Shown here piece after piece: positions 20,110 through 29,719 of a stretch of 64,000 nucleotides of DNA. Each line of letters starts with the position of its first letter. The first letter of the stretch is position 1. Under the pieces are notes generated by a model, which did not search any database, was not told the origin of the DNA, and saw nothing but the letters and a program-made list of their open reading frames with translations. The stretch spans positions 1,905,549-1,969,548 of the forward strand of contig NW_003314280.1 in assembly GCF_000143415.4 (NCBI RefSeq), written 5' to 3'. This DNA is from Selaginella moellendorffii (taxonomy: Eukaryota > Plantae > Lycopodiophyta). The translations under genes and the position numbers were made by a program.

Positions 20110-23100
20110 GCTGTCCAGCGTACATGTTGTAGAGCGTGACATACGTCGCGGAATCGGCAGAGTCGAGCTCCAGGAGCTCCTTGGCAACTCTGGCACCCCG
20201 AGCAACGTCGTTGTGGATCTTGCACGACATGAGCAGGTTCTTCCACACTGCTTCGTTGGGCTTGAACGGCATCTTTCTGATCACGGCTTCGGCCTCCTCC
20301 AGCCAGCCGATTCTTCCCAGCAGGCCGACGATGCACGAGTAGCGCTCCCGCTTGGCCGTCACCCGGTACTCCGTTCCGAGCTGGAACAAGTAGTAGAAGG
20401 CTTCCTCGAGCAGGCCAACGTGCTGGCAGACGGAGGCGACGCTCATGAGCGCTACGTTGTCGGGCTTGAGTCCTTCCTGCTGCAGTCCACGAAACAGCTT
20501 GCGTGCCTCGGCAACCTCACCGTGCTGCGCCGCCACCGTGACTATCGAGTTCCAGGAAACGAGCGCCCGCTCGCGCATGGAGTCGAAGACTCTCCGTGCC
20601 TCTCTCGGGCTCCCGCACTTGCCATACATATTGATGAGCGTGTTGTCGATGATCACGTCCGAGAGGAAGCCGGACTCAGCTATGCTCCTATGGATGATCC
20701 TGGCTTGGACGAGCCCGGCATGGCCAGCACAGGCGTCAAGGATGGCATTTACAGTTCCCCGGTTGAAGCTGACGCCTTCGAGGTCCATTCTCCTGAACAA
20801 AGCGATGGCCTTTCCCCCTCGGCCGTGTTTGGAGTAGGCCGAGATCATGGAGTTGTAGAGCAGCGCGTCCTTGGGCGCGGCTGTTTCGAAGGCTTCCACT
20901 GCCTCCTCCAGAGAGAAGCACTCCGAGTACATCCCGATGAGAGCGGGCGAGACCGTGGTGCTCGAGTTGTATCCCGAGCCTTTCACTTGCTCGTGGATCA
21001 TCCTACCGCGGCTTAAAGACTTCAAGCTGCTGCAAGCATCGAGAATTCCCGCAAAGGTGACGGTGTCGGGCTTGTCTCCATACTGCTGCATCCGGTGCCA
21101 CAGCTCGAAGGCCTCGTAGTGGCTGCCGTCTTCGACACAGGAGCACAGCATGGAAGTCCAGGAGACAACGTCCCGGTAGTCCTGGATGCTCTGGAAGACG
21201 ACCTTGGCGTCCTCCAGACTCTGGCACTTTCGGTACGCGTTGATGAGGCAGTTCGCCACCGCGACGTCCTGGAGCAGTCCTGCCGAACAGATCTGAGCGT
21301 GGAGCATCCGGACCTGACTTATGTCGGTGAAACACGCATCGAGGCTCGCGAAGAACGTCACTCTATCCGGCTTGGTGCCTTCGAGCTGCATCGAGGCGAG
21401 CAACTCCAACGCGGCGTCACCCTGAGCGTTCTGGACGTATGCCGACGCAAGAGCGTTCCAGGAGACGAGATTCTTCTCCTCCATCCTGTCGAAGGCGGCC
21501 TTCGCTTGCTCGAGTCTCGAGCACCTCCCATACATAGTGATCAAAGTGTTCCCGACAGAGACGGACTCCTCGACTCCACACTCGGCCGCACACTCGTGAG
21601 CTCGGACTCCCTGTTCCAAGTCCCCCAGGCTCGCGCAGCTATCGATGACGCTCACAAAAGTCTGCTCGCCTGCCTTGACGCCTTCCTGGTTCATCCGGTG
21701 GAACATCTCCACTGCCGCTTCGTCCGCCCCGCACTGAGCGTAAGCAGTCAGGAGCGTGTTCCAGGCGAAGAGATCCTTGTCCCGGACGCCATCAAACGTT
21801 CTCTTTGCGTCGGAGATGCTTGAGTTCCTGGCAAAAACTTGGAGCAGCGCCGTCTGGAGGAGCACGTCCGACCGAAGCCCCGCGGAGGTGACGAGCTCCT
21901 GGAGCAGCCTCACCTGGCGTAGGCTGGTGCAGACCTCGAGCACGGTGAGAAAGGTGACTTTGTCGGGCCGGACGCCTTCGTGCTGCATGGTCCGGAAGAG
22001 CTTGAAGGCCTCGCGCTCCAGCCCGTTGTGAGCGTAGGCGTCGACGATCGAGTTCCAGGACGAGACGCTCTGCAAGGCCATGGCATCGAAGAGCTGCTTG
22101 GCGTCGTGGACGCTGCCGCACTTGCCGTGCATGTGGACGAGCGAGTTCCCGACGAAGACGTTGGAGCTGTGGAAGCCATTCTCGGCTGCTCTGTCGTGGA
22201 TCATCCTCAGCTCGCTGGCCTCCTCGGCGGCACCGAGAACACTCACGAAAGTCACCTCGTTTGGAGCCACGGAGCACTCGTGCTGCATCCTCCGGAACAT
22301 CTCCAGCGCGCTCTTGCGGTGGCCGTGCTGCGAGTAGGCCCGGATGATGGCGTTCCAGGACACAACGTCGCGCTGCTCCATCCTCTCGAAGACGCGCCGG
22401 GCCTCCTCCACAGCGCTGCAGTCGCCATACATGCTCACCAGCGTGTTCGCGATGACCACATCCGACTCGAGCTCGTCCGCGACGATCATGGCGTGGATCT
22501 CTCGGCCGTGCTCCAGGCTCTCCTCCACGCAGCAGCAGCCGAGCAAGCTCAAGTAAGTCACCCTGTCCGGCTTCACTCGCTCGTGGATCATCCGCTGGAA
22601 GAGCTCCAGCGCCCGCTCGCCGTTGCCAGCCCGGGCCAGCACCGTGATCATCGTGTTCCAAGACACTACATCCTTGTGGGCGATGCTCTCGAACACCAGC
22701 TCGGCCTCGTCCAGGCGCCCGGCTCGTCCATACAGGTTGGCGAGAGCGTTGCCGAGAAAGGTGACGGACTGGAGGCCTGCTGCAAGAATGAGCCCGTGAA
22801 TCGTCCTCACTGATCTTGCCGATGGCGAGGAAGAAGAAGAAGAGCACGACTCCAAGGCTGTGAGGAATCCTACCTTGTCCGGCTTGGCTCCCTCGAGCAG
22901 CATCGCGTGGAAGAGCTCCAGCGCCGCGGTGGTATGCCCGTTGTGGGCATACGCGGCCATGATCATCGTCCAGGAGAAGACGTTGCGGTGGAGGATCCTG
23001 TCGAAGACGCTGCGCGCGTCCTCCACTCGGCCGAGCTTCCCATACGACTGGACGAGGAGGTTGAGCAGCAGGCGATCGGTGGCGAGAGTGGCCGAGGAGA

Positions 23101-23311
23101 GGATGTGGCGGTGGATACGCTTCGTCTGCCAGACGTGGATGCATCGCCGGATGAGCGAGGAGATGTGTGGAGCCGAGGTGGATTCGCCGTCGTTGCCATC
23201 GCTTCGATCCAGCCGGTCCAGCTCGCGGTCGAGAGTGAGATCGGCGCTGGAAGAACCAACAGTGGCAGTAGAGAAGAAGTTTCTCCTGGATCTCGAGCAG
23301 CGCAAGAGCAT
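20042..23311 (-). CDS. PLS-class PPR-E protein (1089 aa), likely organelle-targeted
   Basis: Regular P-L-S triplets; YSCIVGLLGRIGWL, WKNLLMSCKIH; R/S-rich N-terminus; no DYW. Confidence 0.92.
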   Translation of the reverse strand: MLLRCSRSRRNFFSTATVGSSSADLTLDRELDRLDRSDGNDGESTSAPHISSLIRRCIHVWQTKRIHRHILSSATLATDRLLLNLLVQSYGKLGRVEDARSVFDRILHRNVFSWTMIMAAYAHNGHTTAALELFHAMLLEGAKPDKVGFLTALESCSSSSSSPSARSVRTIHGLILAAGLQSVTFLGNALANLYGRAGRLDEAELVFESIAHKDVVSWNTMITVLARAGNGERALELFQRMIHERVKPDRVTYLSLLGCCCVEESLEHGREIHAMIVADELESDVVIANTLVSMYGDCSAVEEARRVFERMEQRDVVSWNAIIRAYSQHGHRKSALEMFRRMQHECSVAPNEVTFVSVLGAAEEASELRMIHDRAAENGFHSSNVFVGNSLVHMHGKCGSVHDAKQLFDAMALQSVSSWNSIVDAYAHNGLEREAFKLFRTMQHEGVRPDKVTFLTVLEVCTSLRQVRLLQELVTSAGLRSDVLLQTALLQVFARNSSISDAKRTFDGVRDKDLFAWNTLLTAYAQCGADEAAVEMFHRMNQEGVKAGEQTFVSVIDSCASLGDLEQGVRAHECAAECGVEESVSVGNTLITMYGRCSRLEQAKAAFDRMEEKNLVSWNALASAYVQNAQGDAALELLASMQLEGTKPDRVTFFASLDACFTDISQVRMLHAQICSAGLLQDVAVANCLINAYRKCQSLEDAKVVFQSIQDYRDVVSWTSMLCSCVEDGSHYEAFELWHRMQQYGDKPDTVTFAGILDACSSLKSLSRGRMIHEQVKGSGYNSSTTVSPALIGMYSECFSLEEAVEAFETAAPKDALLYNSMISAYSKHGRGGKAIALFRRMDLEGVSFNRGTVNAILDACAGHAGLVQARIIHRSIAESGFLSDVIIDNTLINMYGKCGSPREARRVFDSMRERALVSWNSIVTVAAQHGEVAEARKLFRGLQQEGLKPDNVALMSVASVCQHVGLLEEAFYYLFQLGTEYRVTAKRERYSCIVGLLGRIGWLEEAEAVIRKMPFKPNEAVWKNLLMSCKIHNDVARGARVAKELLELDSADSATYVTLYNMYAGQLKHSEEPRDFELDELEEAGLDA

Positions 23312-23336
23312 GGCGGTGGTGGGAGAGATCTAGGTG

Positions 23337-25313
23337 ATGGGAGATCGCATTCTTCGATGCTTGAGCCGGACTTCCATTGCCATGGCGGACGCTAGCCGGA
23401 GATCGAGAGAACCAGCAGCCCAGCTTGCGAGAAGAGCCCTAGACGAGGATCCAGGTGATGGGCTTGATAGATTCGGGAAATCCAGTCGAGCTCGTCTCAT
23501 GGGGATCGCGGAGGAGATGGAAGGATTGCCGCTCGAGGAAGCCATCGACGGGCTGGAGATGCCGGGTTTCAGTCCAGGAGTGGAGCTCTACGCGGCATTG
23601 CTGCGACGATGCGGCATCCAAGGATCCCTGGCGGAGGGAATTCGCGTCCACGAGCACATTGCAAGGAGCAAGCTTGTGCGAGTGAGGTTCTTGGAGAACA
23701 CGCTCATGGAGATGTATGGGAGGTGTGGTGGCGTGCAAGAGGCTACCGCGGTCTTCGAGAGAATGGAAGATTGGAACGTCTACTCGTGGACGATCATCAT
23801 CGCAGCAAATGCCCGCAACGGGCATCCACTCGAGGCACTGCAACTCTTCTACCGGATGAACCAGGAAGGGACTGCTCCAAACAACCACACTCTAAGCATC
23901 GCCATCGCAGCGTGCTCGGCACTGGTGGATCTCTCGCGAGGGAGGAAGATCCATGCGAGCTTGGAAGGCTGTGGCTTCCAGGCCGACGATCACGTCAAGA
24001 ACACGCTCATGGACTTCTACACCAAGTGCGACAGCCTTGACGACGTGAAGAAGGTGTTTCGATCGATGGGAGGCGACGCCAAGGTGGTCAGCTGGACGTG
24101 CCTCATCGTTGGCTGCGTCCAGCTCGGGAGCTACCGGGAGGCCTTCCACTTCTTCAAGCTCATGGAGCTCCAGGGGATCCACGCTGACACCGTCACTTAC
24201 GCCTCGCTGCTCGACGCCTGCTCCAACTTGGCGTCGCTCTCGCAGGGCCGGAAGCTCCACGCTCGCATCGCCGAGCTCGGGCTGCTCGAGGCTGACGTGG
24301 TGCTGCAGACTTCCATCCTCACCATGTACTCGAAGTGCGGGAGGCTGGGAGAAGCTCGCGGGATCTTCGACAGGATTGGCGAGAAGAACATCGTGGCGTG
24401 GTCCGCGATCATCATCGCCTACGCTCAAAACGGCGACTGCTCCACAGCGTTAAAGCTCTTCTGGAAGATGGAGCAGGCGGGGCAGAAGGCGAGCGAGACG
24501 ACGTTCGTGAGTGTCTTGTACGCTTGCAGCCATGCCGGCCTCGTCGACGATGCGTACTACTATTTCACCACCATGAAGAGCGAGAGGAAGCTGGAGCCTT
24601 TACCGGGACACTATGGTTGCATCGTGGATCTGCTGGGCCGAGCCGGGCGACTGGCCGATGCCGAGGAGCTCATACAGCGGATGAAGGCTCCACAGTCGGG
24701 GGTGCTCTGGACGACGCTTTTAGGAGCTTGCAAGACGCATGGAGATATGAAGCTGGCGGAGCGAGCAGCGGAGAGGATCCGCGAGCTCGATCCAGGCTCT
24801 GCGACACCGTACGTACTGCTTTCGAATGTCTACTCGGAAGCTGGACGATGGGACCTGGCAGCCAGCGTGAGGAAGCGCATGGACGACATGAAAGTGAAGA
24901 AACCAGCGGGGAAGAGCTGGGTGGAAGTGAGAGGCAAGCTGCACGAGTTTGTAGCCGGGGACCAGTCCCATCCGAAGATCGGGGAGATAGTTTTGGAGCT
25001 GAAGAGGCTGCTCGCGCTGATCAAGGAAGCCGGATACGCTGCGGACAAAAGTGCCACACTCCACAATGCGGAAGAGGAGGAGAAGGAAGGACTCCTTTAC
25101 TATCACAGCGAGAAGCTCGCGATGGTCATGGGGCTGCTTCACAGCCCCCGTGGAGAGCCTGTCCAAGTCGTGAAGAACTTGAGAGTTTGCTCCGACTGCC
25201 ATACTGCCGCCAAGTTCATCAGCAAGGTGGAGGACAGGCAGATTGTCCTGAGGGACACGAAGCAGTTCCACCACTTTGAGCACGGGCGATGCTCGTGTGG
25301 AGACTACTGGTGA
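23337..25313 (+). CDS. PPR-DYW protein, candidate C-to-U RNA editing factor
   Basis: PLS repeats, KKPAGKSW box, HSEKLA, RVCSDCH, terminal CSCGDYW; start could be a later ATG. Confidence 0.93.
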   Translation: MGDRILRCLSRTSIAMADASRRSREPAAQLARRALDEDPGDGLDRFGKSSRARLMGIAEEMEGLPLEEAIDGLEMPGFSPGVELYAALLRRCGIQGSLAEGIRVHEHIARSKLVRVRFLENTLMEMYGRCGGVQEATAVFERMEDWNVYSWTIIIAANARNGHPLEALQLFYRMNQEGTAPNNHTLSIAIAACSALVDLSRGRKIHASLEGCGFQADDHVKNTLMDFYTKCDSLDDVKKVFRSMGGDAKVVSWTCLIVGCVQLGSYREAFHFFKLMELQGIHADTVTYASLLDACSNLASLSQGRKLHARIAELGLLEADVVLQTSILTMYSKCGRLGEARGIFDRIGEKNIVAWSAIIIAYAQNGDCSTALKLFWKMEQAGQKASETTFVSVLYACSHAGLVDDAYYYFTTMKSERKLEPLPGHYGCIVDLLGRAGRLADAEELIQRMKAPQSGVLWTTLLGACKTHGDMKLAERAAERIRELDPGSATPYVLLSNVYSEAGRWDLAASVRKRMDDMKVKKPAGKSWVEVRGKLHEFVAGDQSHPKIGEIVLELKRLLALIKEAGYAADKSATLHNAEEEEKEGLLYYHSEKLAMVMGLLHSPRGEPVQVVKNLRVCSDCHTAAKFISKVEDRQIVLRDTKQFHHFEHGRCSCGDYW

Positions 25314-25329
25314 TCGCAAACGAGCTCTT

Positions 25330-27249
25330 CTACCAGTAGTCTCGGCAAGAACACTTTCCATCTTCCATGTGATGGAACAAGTTGATGTCGCGGATGACGA
25401 TCTTCCTCTCGGTCACCTTGGATATCACCTTCGCGGCGGTGTGGCAGTCGGGACACACGCGGATATTCTTGACGATGCTGATGGTCGTCTTTGGAGGAGT
25501 TTTGATCAGCCCCAGCCCGATGGCCAGCTTCTCGCTATGAAAGTAGAGGATGTCCTCCTTCTCCTCCTCCTCAGCGTCATGCAGCACTTGCTTGGTATCG
25601 GGTACGTAGCCGTGTTCTTTCATGACTTTGCTCACTCTCTGAATCTCCTGGCAGATTTGGACGAGGTCCGGGTGCCAGGAATCGCCCACGATGAACTCGC
25701 TCGTCTTGCCGTTGATCTCGATCCAGCTCCTGCCGCCGGGCTTCTTTATTCCTCGGTCACGCATCAACTTCTGGACTTTGGCGGCCATGTCCCACTTCCC
25801 AGCGTCCGAGTAGATGTTGGAGAGGAGGCTGTAAGGCCCGGCGCGGTGCGGAGCCAGCCGGAAGACGTGCTCCGCGGCTCGAGCTCCAATCTCCACGTTG
25901 CGGTGGATCCGGCAGGCCTGCAGCAGCGACATCCACGACACCGAGTCGGGAGGGATCGGCATCCGGTTGAGGAACTTCTCGGCGTCGGCCAGCCAGCCAG
26001 CACGCGCGAGAAGATCGACCGCGCAGCCAAAGTGCTCGGCAACCAGCGGGATCCCCCGGTCGGGCTCGAGCGTGGTGAAGTAGTGCCAGGCCTGGTCGAC
26101 GAAGCCGCCGTGGCTGCAAGCGTAGAGGACGTGCGTGAAGGTGACGCTGTCGGGCTTGTAGCCGTCCTGCTCCATGCTCCAGAAGAGCTTCAAGGCGTCG
26201 CCAAAGTGGCCGTTTCGAGCGTAGGCCACCACCATGCTGGAGAAGGTGATGTTGTTCGGCTCCAGCGTCTGGTCGAAGAGCTCGCGGGCCTCGTCGACTC
26301 GACCACACTTCGCATACATGTTGAGCAGCGCGGTATGCAGCACGACGTCGATGCAAACGCCCGAGGTGATGATCCGGTCGTGGAGGTGGCGGCCTTGGGC
26401 GATGGCGGACAGGTTCCCGCAAGCGTCCACCAGCGTCGCGAAGGTGAGGGCGCTGGTGATCCGGAAGCCGTCCTGGTCCATGACGCGCAGGAGCTCCAGC
26501 GCCGACGCCTCGCGGCCGCACTGGATCCTCCCGGCCAGCATCGTCGTCCACGACACCTCGTCGCGCGACGGCATCGCCCAGAAGGCGCGCTCGAAGTCGT
26601 CCATGCCGCCGCAGCGGCGGTACATGTTGAGCAGCGAGTTGGCCACCACGGGGTCGTGGAGCATGGCGGTGCTCGCGAGCGGCGCGGTGATGGAGCGCCC
26701 GAGCTCCAAGTTGGCGGTGTCGGCCACCGCGCAGAAGATGGCGCTCACGACGTGGGCGTCGGGGTGGCAGCCGCGGAGCTGCATCGCGCGGTAGTGGCCG
26801 AGCGCCGCGCGGGGCAGCGCGTTGCGGAGGCAGGCCGAGATGAGCATCATCCAGGAGAAGACGTTGGGGTCGGGCTGGCAGGCGAAGACGGCGTGCGCGC
26901 TCTCCACGTCCCCGCACTGGCCATACGCCTGGACGAGCTTGTTGGAGAGGTAGCGGCTGCGCAGGGCGCCGGTGGCGAGCATGAGCGCGTGGAGCTGGTG
27001 GGCTTGTGGGAGAGCTCGCTCGGCGGCGCAGCGGTGGAGGAGGAGCTCCACCGCCTCGCGGACGAGGCCCGGGGGGTGTGGCTGCCGCTGGAGCGCCGCC
27101 AGGACGTCCTTGACTGGGAGGCGCTCCACGTCGTGCCTGGTGAGCAGCATCTGGGTCGACGATTCTGGGCTCTCTTGAGCTGCCAGCGCCGATGCTCGGC
27201 GAATCCATGACCGCCCACGACGAGAACTCGTGCTCCTCCTCCACCACAT
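25330..27249 (-). CDS. PPR-DYW protein, candidate C-to-U RNA editing factor
   Basis: PLS repeats, KKPGGRSW, HSEKLA, RVCPDCH, terminal CSCRDYW. Confidence 0.93.
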   Translation of the reverse strand: MWWRRSTSSRRGRSWIRRASALAAQESPESSTQMLLTRHDVERLPVKDVLAALQRQPHPPGLVREAVELLLHRCAAERALPQAHQLHALMLATGALRSRYLSNKLVQAYGQCGDVESAHAVFACQPDPNVFSWMMLISACLRNALPRAALGHYRAMQLRGCHPDAHVVSAIFCAVADTANLELGRSITAPLASTAMLHDPVVANSLLNMYRRCGGMDDFERAFWAMPSRDEVSWTTMLAGRIQCGREASALELLRVMDQDGFRITSALTFATLVDACGNLSAIAQGRHLHDRIITSGVCIDVVLHTALLNMYAKCGRVDEARELFDQTLEPNNITFSSMVVAYARNGHFGDALKLFWSMEQDGYKPDSVTFTHVLYACSHGGFVDQAWHYFTTLEPDRGIPLVAEHFGCAVDLLARAGWLADAEKFLNRMPIPPDSVSWMSLLQACRIHRNVEIGARAAEHVFRLAPHRAGPYSLLSNIYSDAGKWDMAAKVQKLMRDRGIKKPGGRSWIEINGKTSEFIVGDSWHPDLVQICQEIQRVSKVMKEHGYVPDTKQVLHDAEEEEKEDILYFHSEKLAIGLGLIKTPPKTTISIVKNIRVCPDCHTAAKVISKVTERKIVIRDINLFHHMEDGKCSCRDYW

Positions 27250-27422
27250 TTACGCAATGCCATTCATTCCCCAGGTACCTAAATGATCACCCTCCAAGAC
27301 CTTTGGACTGAAACTCTTGGAGCTAGCAAGATCAGTGGGACTGCCACAACTTCTTTGAGATCAAACTAAGCTCTCACAAATCCTGGAGAGAGATCTTTCA
27401 TTTCAAGGGTGGAAGAATAGTG

Positions 27423-28210
27423 TTAGAACGAGAAGGTCCCGGATCTTTCAGGTGGTATCCAACCCACGCCATGGTAGCGAGCACTCACCACTCCACATTT
27501 ATCACCATCCAGACCTCGATCGCACGAACATAATCCATGACACCCTTCTCGCTGCCAAGGCCATCTTTGCTTGATGCAATCTCTTGCTTTGTTTGTAGGT
27601 AGCGTTTCTCCAGCTCCTTGACCATGTCCACCACCTTGACTATGGCTTCGTTCACGCAAAGGTTGTGGTTGTAAGCCAGGATGGAGACCATATTGAGGTA
27701 CTTCCCACTCGTCCACTCCTTGAATGAGATCAAGTCGTTGTGGATCGCCATGATCACTTGATCGCTAGGCACTTGATCGAGTCCAAGAAGCGCGCTCTCT
27801 GGCGCTCGTCCATCCCTGAAGCAGCAGGTTGGCAAAAATTCCAACTTGGCGTGAGAGCAGCGCGCTGTTGGATGATCCAGCCACCGCTACTTTGGCGGCG
27901 GGGGGATGTCCCCGAGATGTAGGCGGTATCTCGGGAGAGTCGAGAGCATCGTCCGCGAGGAAGAACCACGCGATAAACTTGGCCATTGGGATGATCTTGT
28001 CGCGCGGAGCTCTTGGATATGCGTAGGCGGAGAGCAGCCCCATCTTGCTCTCCGGATGAGCCCCAGAAACTCCATCCACCACTCGTCAACCTGATTGGTC
28101 ACCGTCCTATGGGCTGGATTGAGCTCGAGCGTCTCCGCGGGGATGAGAAGCGAATTCGCAGGTGGGATGTGGGAGGTGGCTTGAAAATGGAGAGGATTGA
28201 CAAGGATGTG
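27423..28210 (-). pseudogene. Microbial terpene synthase-like (MTPSL) pseudogene, copy 1
   Basis: Fragments in shifting frames: MGLLSAYAYP..FFLADDALDSPE (DDxxD), HNDLISF-KEW (NSE), GVMDYVRAIEVWM..NVEW, SARYHGVGWIPPERSGTF; frameshifts and a missing middle section. Confidence 0.85.
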
Positions 28211-28539
28211 GTCGAATCTCGCTTTGGCAAATCTCTTTTAGCGTAATTACACACATGCACAAGAGAATGTGAGCAGCGACGTGAATAAAACAAATCTTGC
28301 TTTTTAAGAAATGGTATACCGGTAACTTCGCTTTTGCTGACAAAAAATTAAAGGCAAGTAATTACATTATTTTCTTTCCTTTTATGAGCCTGGAGATGAT
28401 ACAAAATGGGATGCAACCAAAGATTGAGCCATATCACTAACGAATATTTTTGCCACGTCAGAAATGTGGAGTTTTAGGTACTCTGCCAGGCACACACACA
28501 CAATTCTCAGCCGAAAGTCCACTCTGCAAAATCTGTTTG

Positions 28540-28880
28540 TAGCAATCCTCTGCGATCTTTCGGACGAGTGGATGTGCTAGCACGGATTTACTCAGCGCAC
28601 GTAATCGCTCGCATCCAGAGGTACGTCTCCGGGTCGAACATCTCCACACACTTGACCGTCGAATCCGCGAAGCGCGCTCTCTCCATCAAGGGCGCGGGAG
28701 CTCTCGCGGACGAGACGGGATTTGTGAGAGCCGAGACGCTCGTCAACTTGATCGCTCACCGTCTGGGTGTAGGCTGGATTGGGCTCGACCGTCTCCTCGG
28801 GGATGAGAAGCGAATTCACCGGGAAGATGTGGAAGTTCTCTTGATCCTTCTAAATGGAGAGGATGGACAAGGGTGCCAAT
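28540..28880 (-). pseudogene. MTPSL pseudogene fragment, copy 2
   Basis: DNA similarity to the 5' part of copy 1 (ggctggattgrgctcga, ggatgagaagcgaattc, aaatggagaggat); remnant peptides DPETYLWMRAIT and VLAHPLVRKIAE. Confidence 0.7.
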
Positions 28881-29719
28881 GAGCAGAAAAACTCACAAGA
28901 TAAAAAACGTAAATCTTAGAAGATCTAAGTCAGATAAGCGCATGCTAATCAATAAGAACTTGCAAAGGAATCTGTGTAGCTTGAATCTGTCACAAACTTG
29001 TCACCGTCCATTCCAAAGATGTATAGCCTAGTATGAAAGACTAGTTTCTCAACAAAATACTCACATTATATTTATATTTATATTTTTATTTCTTTTGAAG
29101 CTTGACGCAAAAATGTTAGTGTCTTATTCCTCCTGGAAGATGCCACTCCCAAGCTCAAGAAGGCCAGCCGCAAAGTGGTGGCCGTGCACAATCCCTGGAG
29201 GAAACAAAGAGACCCGACTGGATTCACGACTGGAAGCATGAGACCACAAGGGAGGATTTGTAATTACCTTCCTACTCCTCACTCAACTGGACCCCAAAAT
29301 ACACTGAAAACATGTCAAAACACCAGCTAAGGTGATGAGCTATTCCTTTTGTCCTCTTTTTTGGTCTTTTGAATTACTCAACTTAGCTTTGACCGGGGTC
29401 ACAGCTGTAAACCTTCAAAGATAACAGATAACTTTAACGAGAACGCCGAAATCGAGTATCTCCGACAAGCCATGCTCGCCCAAAATGAGAAATAAAAACT
29501 GTCGCGATATTATGAAGCACTTTGGTGTTTTAGAAACAATGAGACTGTTGCGTCCCAGAACTATCGAACAACGCTCTGCAACCATATGCCAAGAAAGATA
29601 AGTTATAAACATGACGAAATCAAGGACGAACCCTTCCGCCACAACCGCTTCCAGGAGGAATATAAACACAAGAAGTGTATATAAACACAAGCTTACCCGG
29701 GCATTTGTGCAGAAGCGCC

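Noticed and set aside
19913-27247. Long alternative-frame and antisense ORFs over the PPR genes (e.g. 25276..27210 +, 21792..23144 -, 25757..27247 -)
   Set aside because: Expected shadows of GC-rich coding sequence; no recognisable motifs
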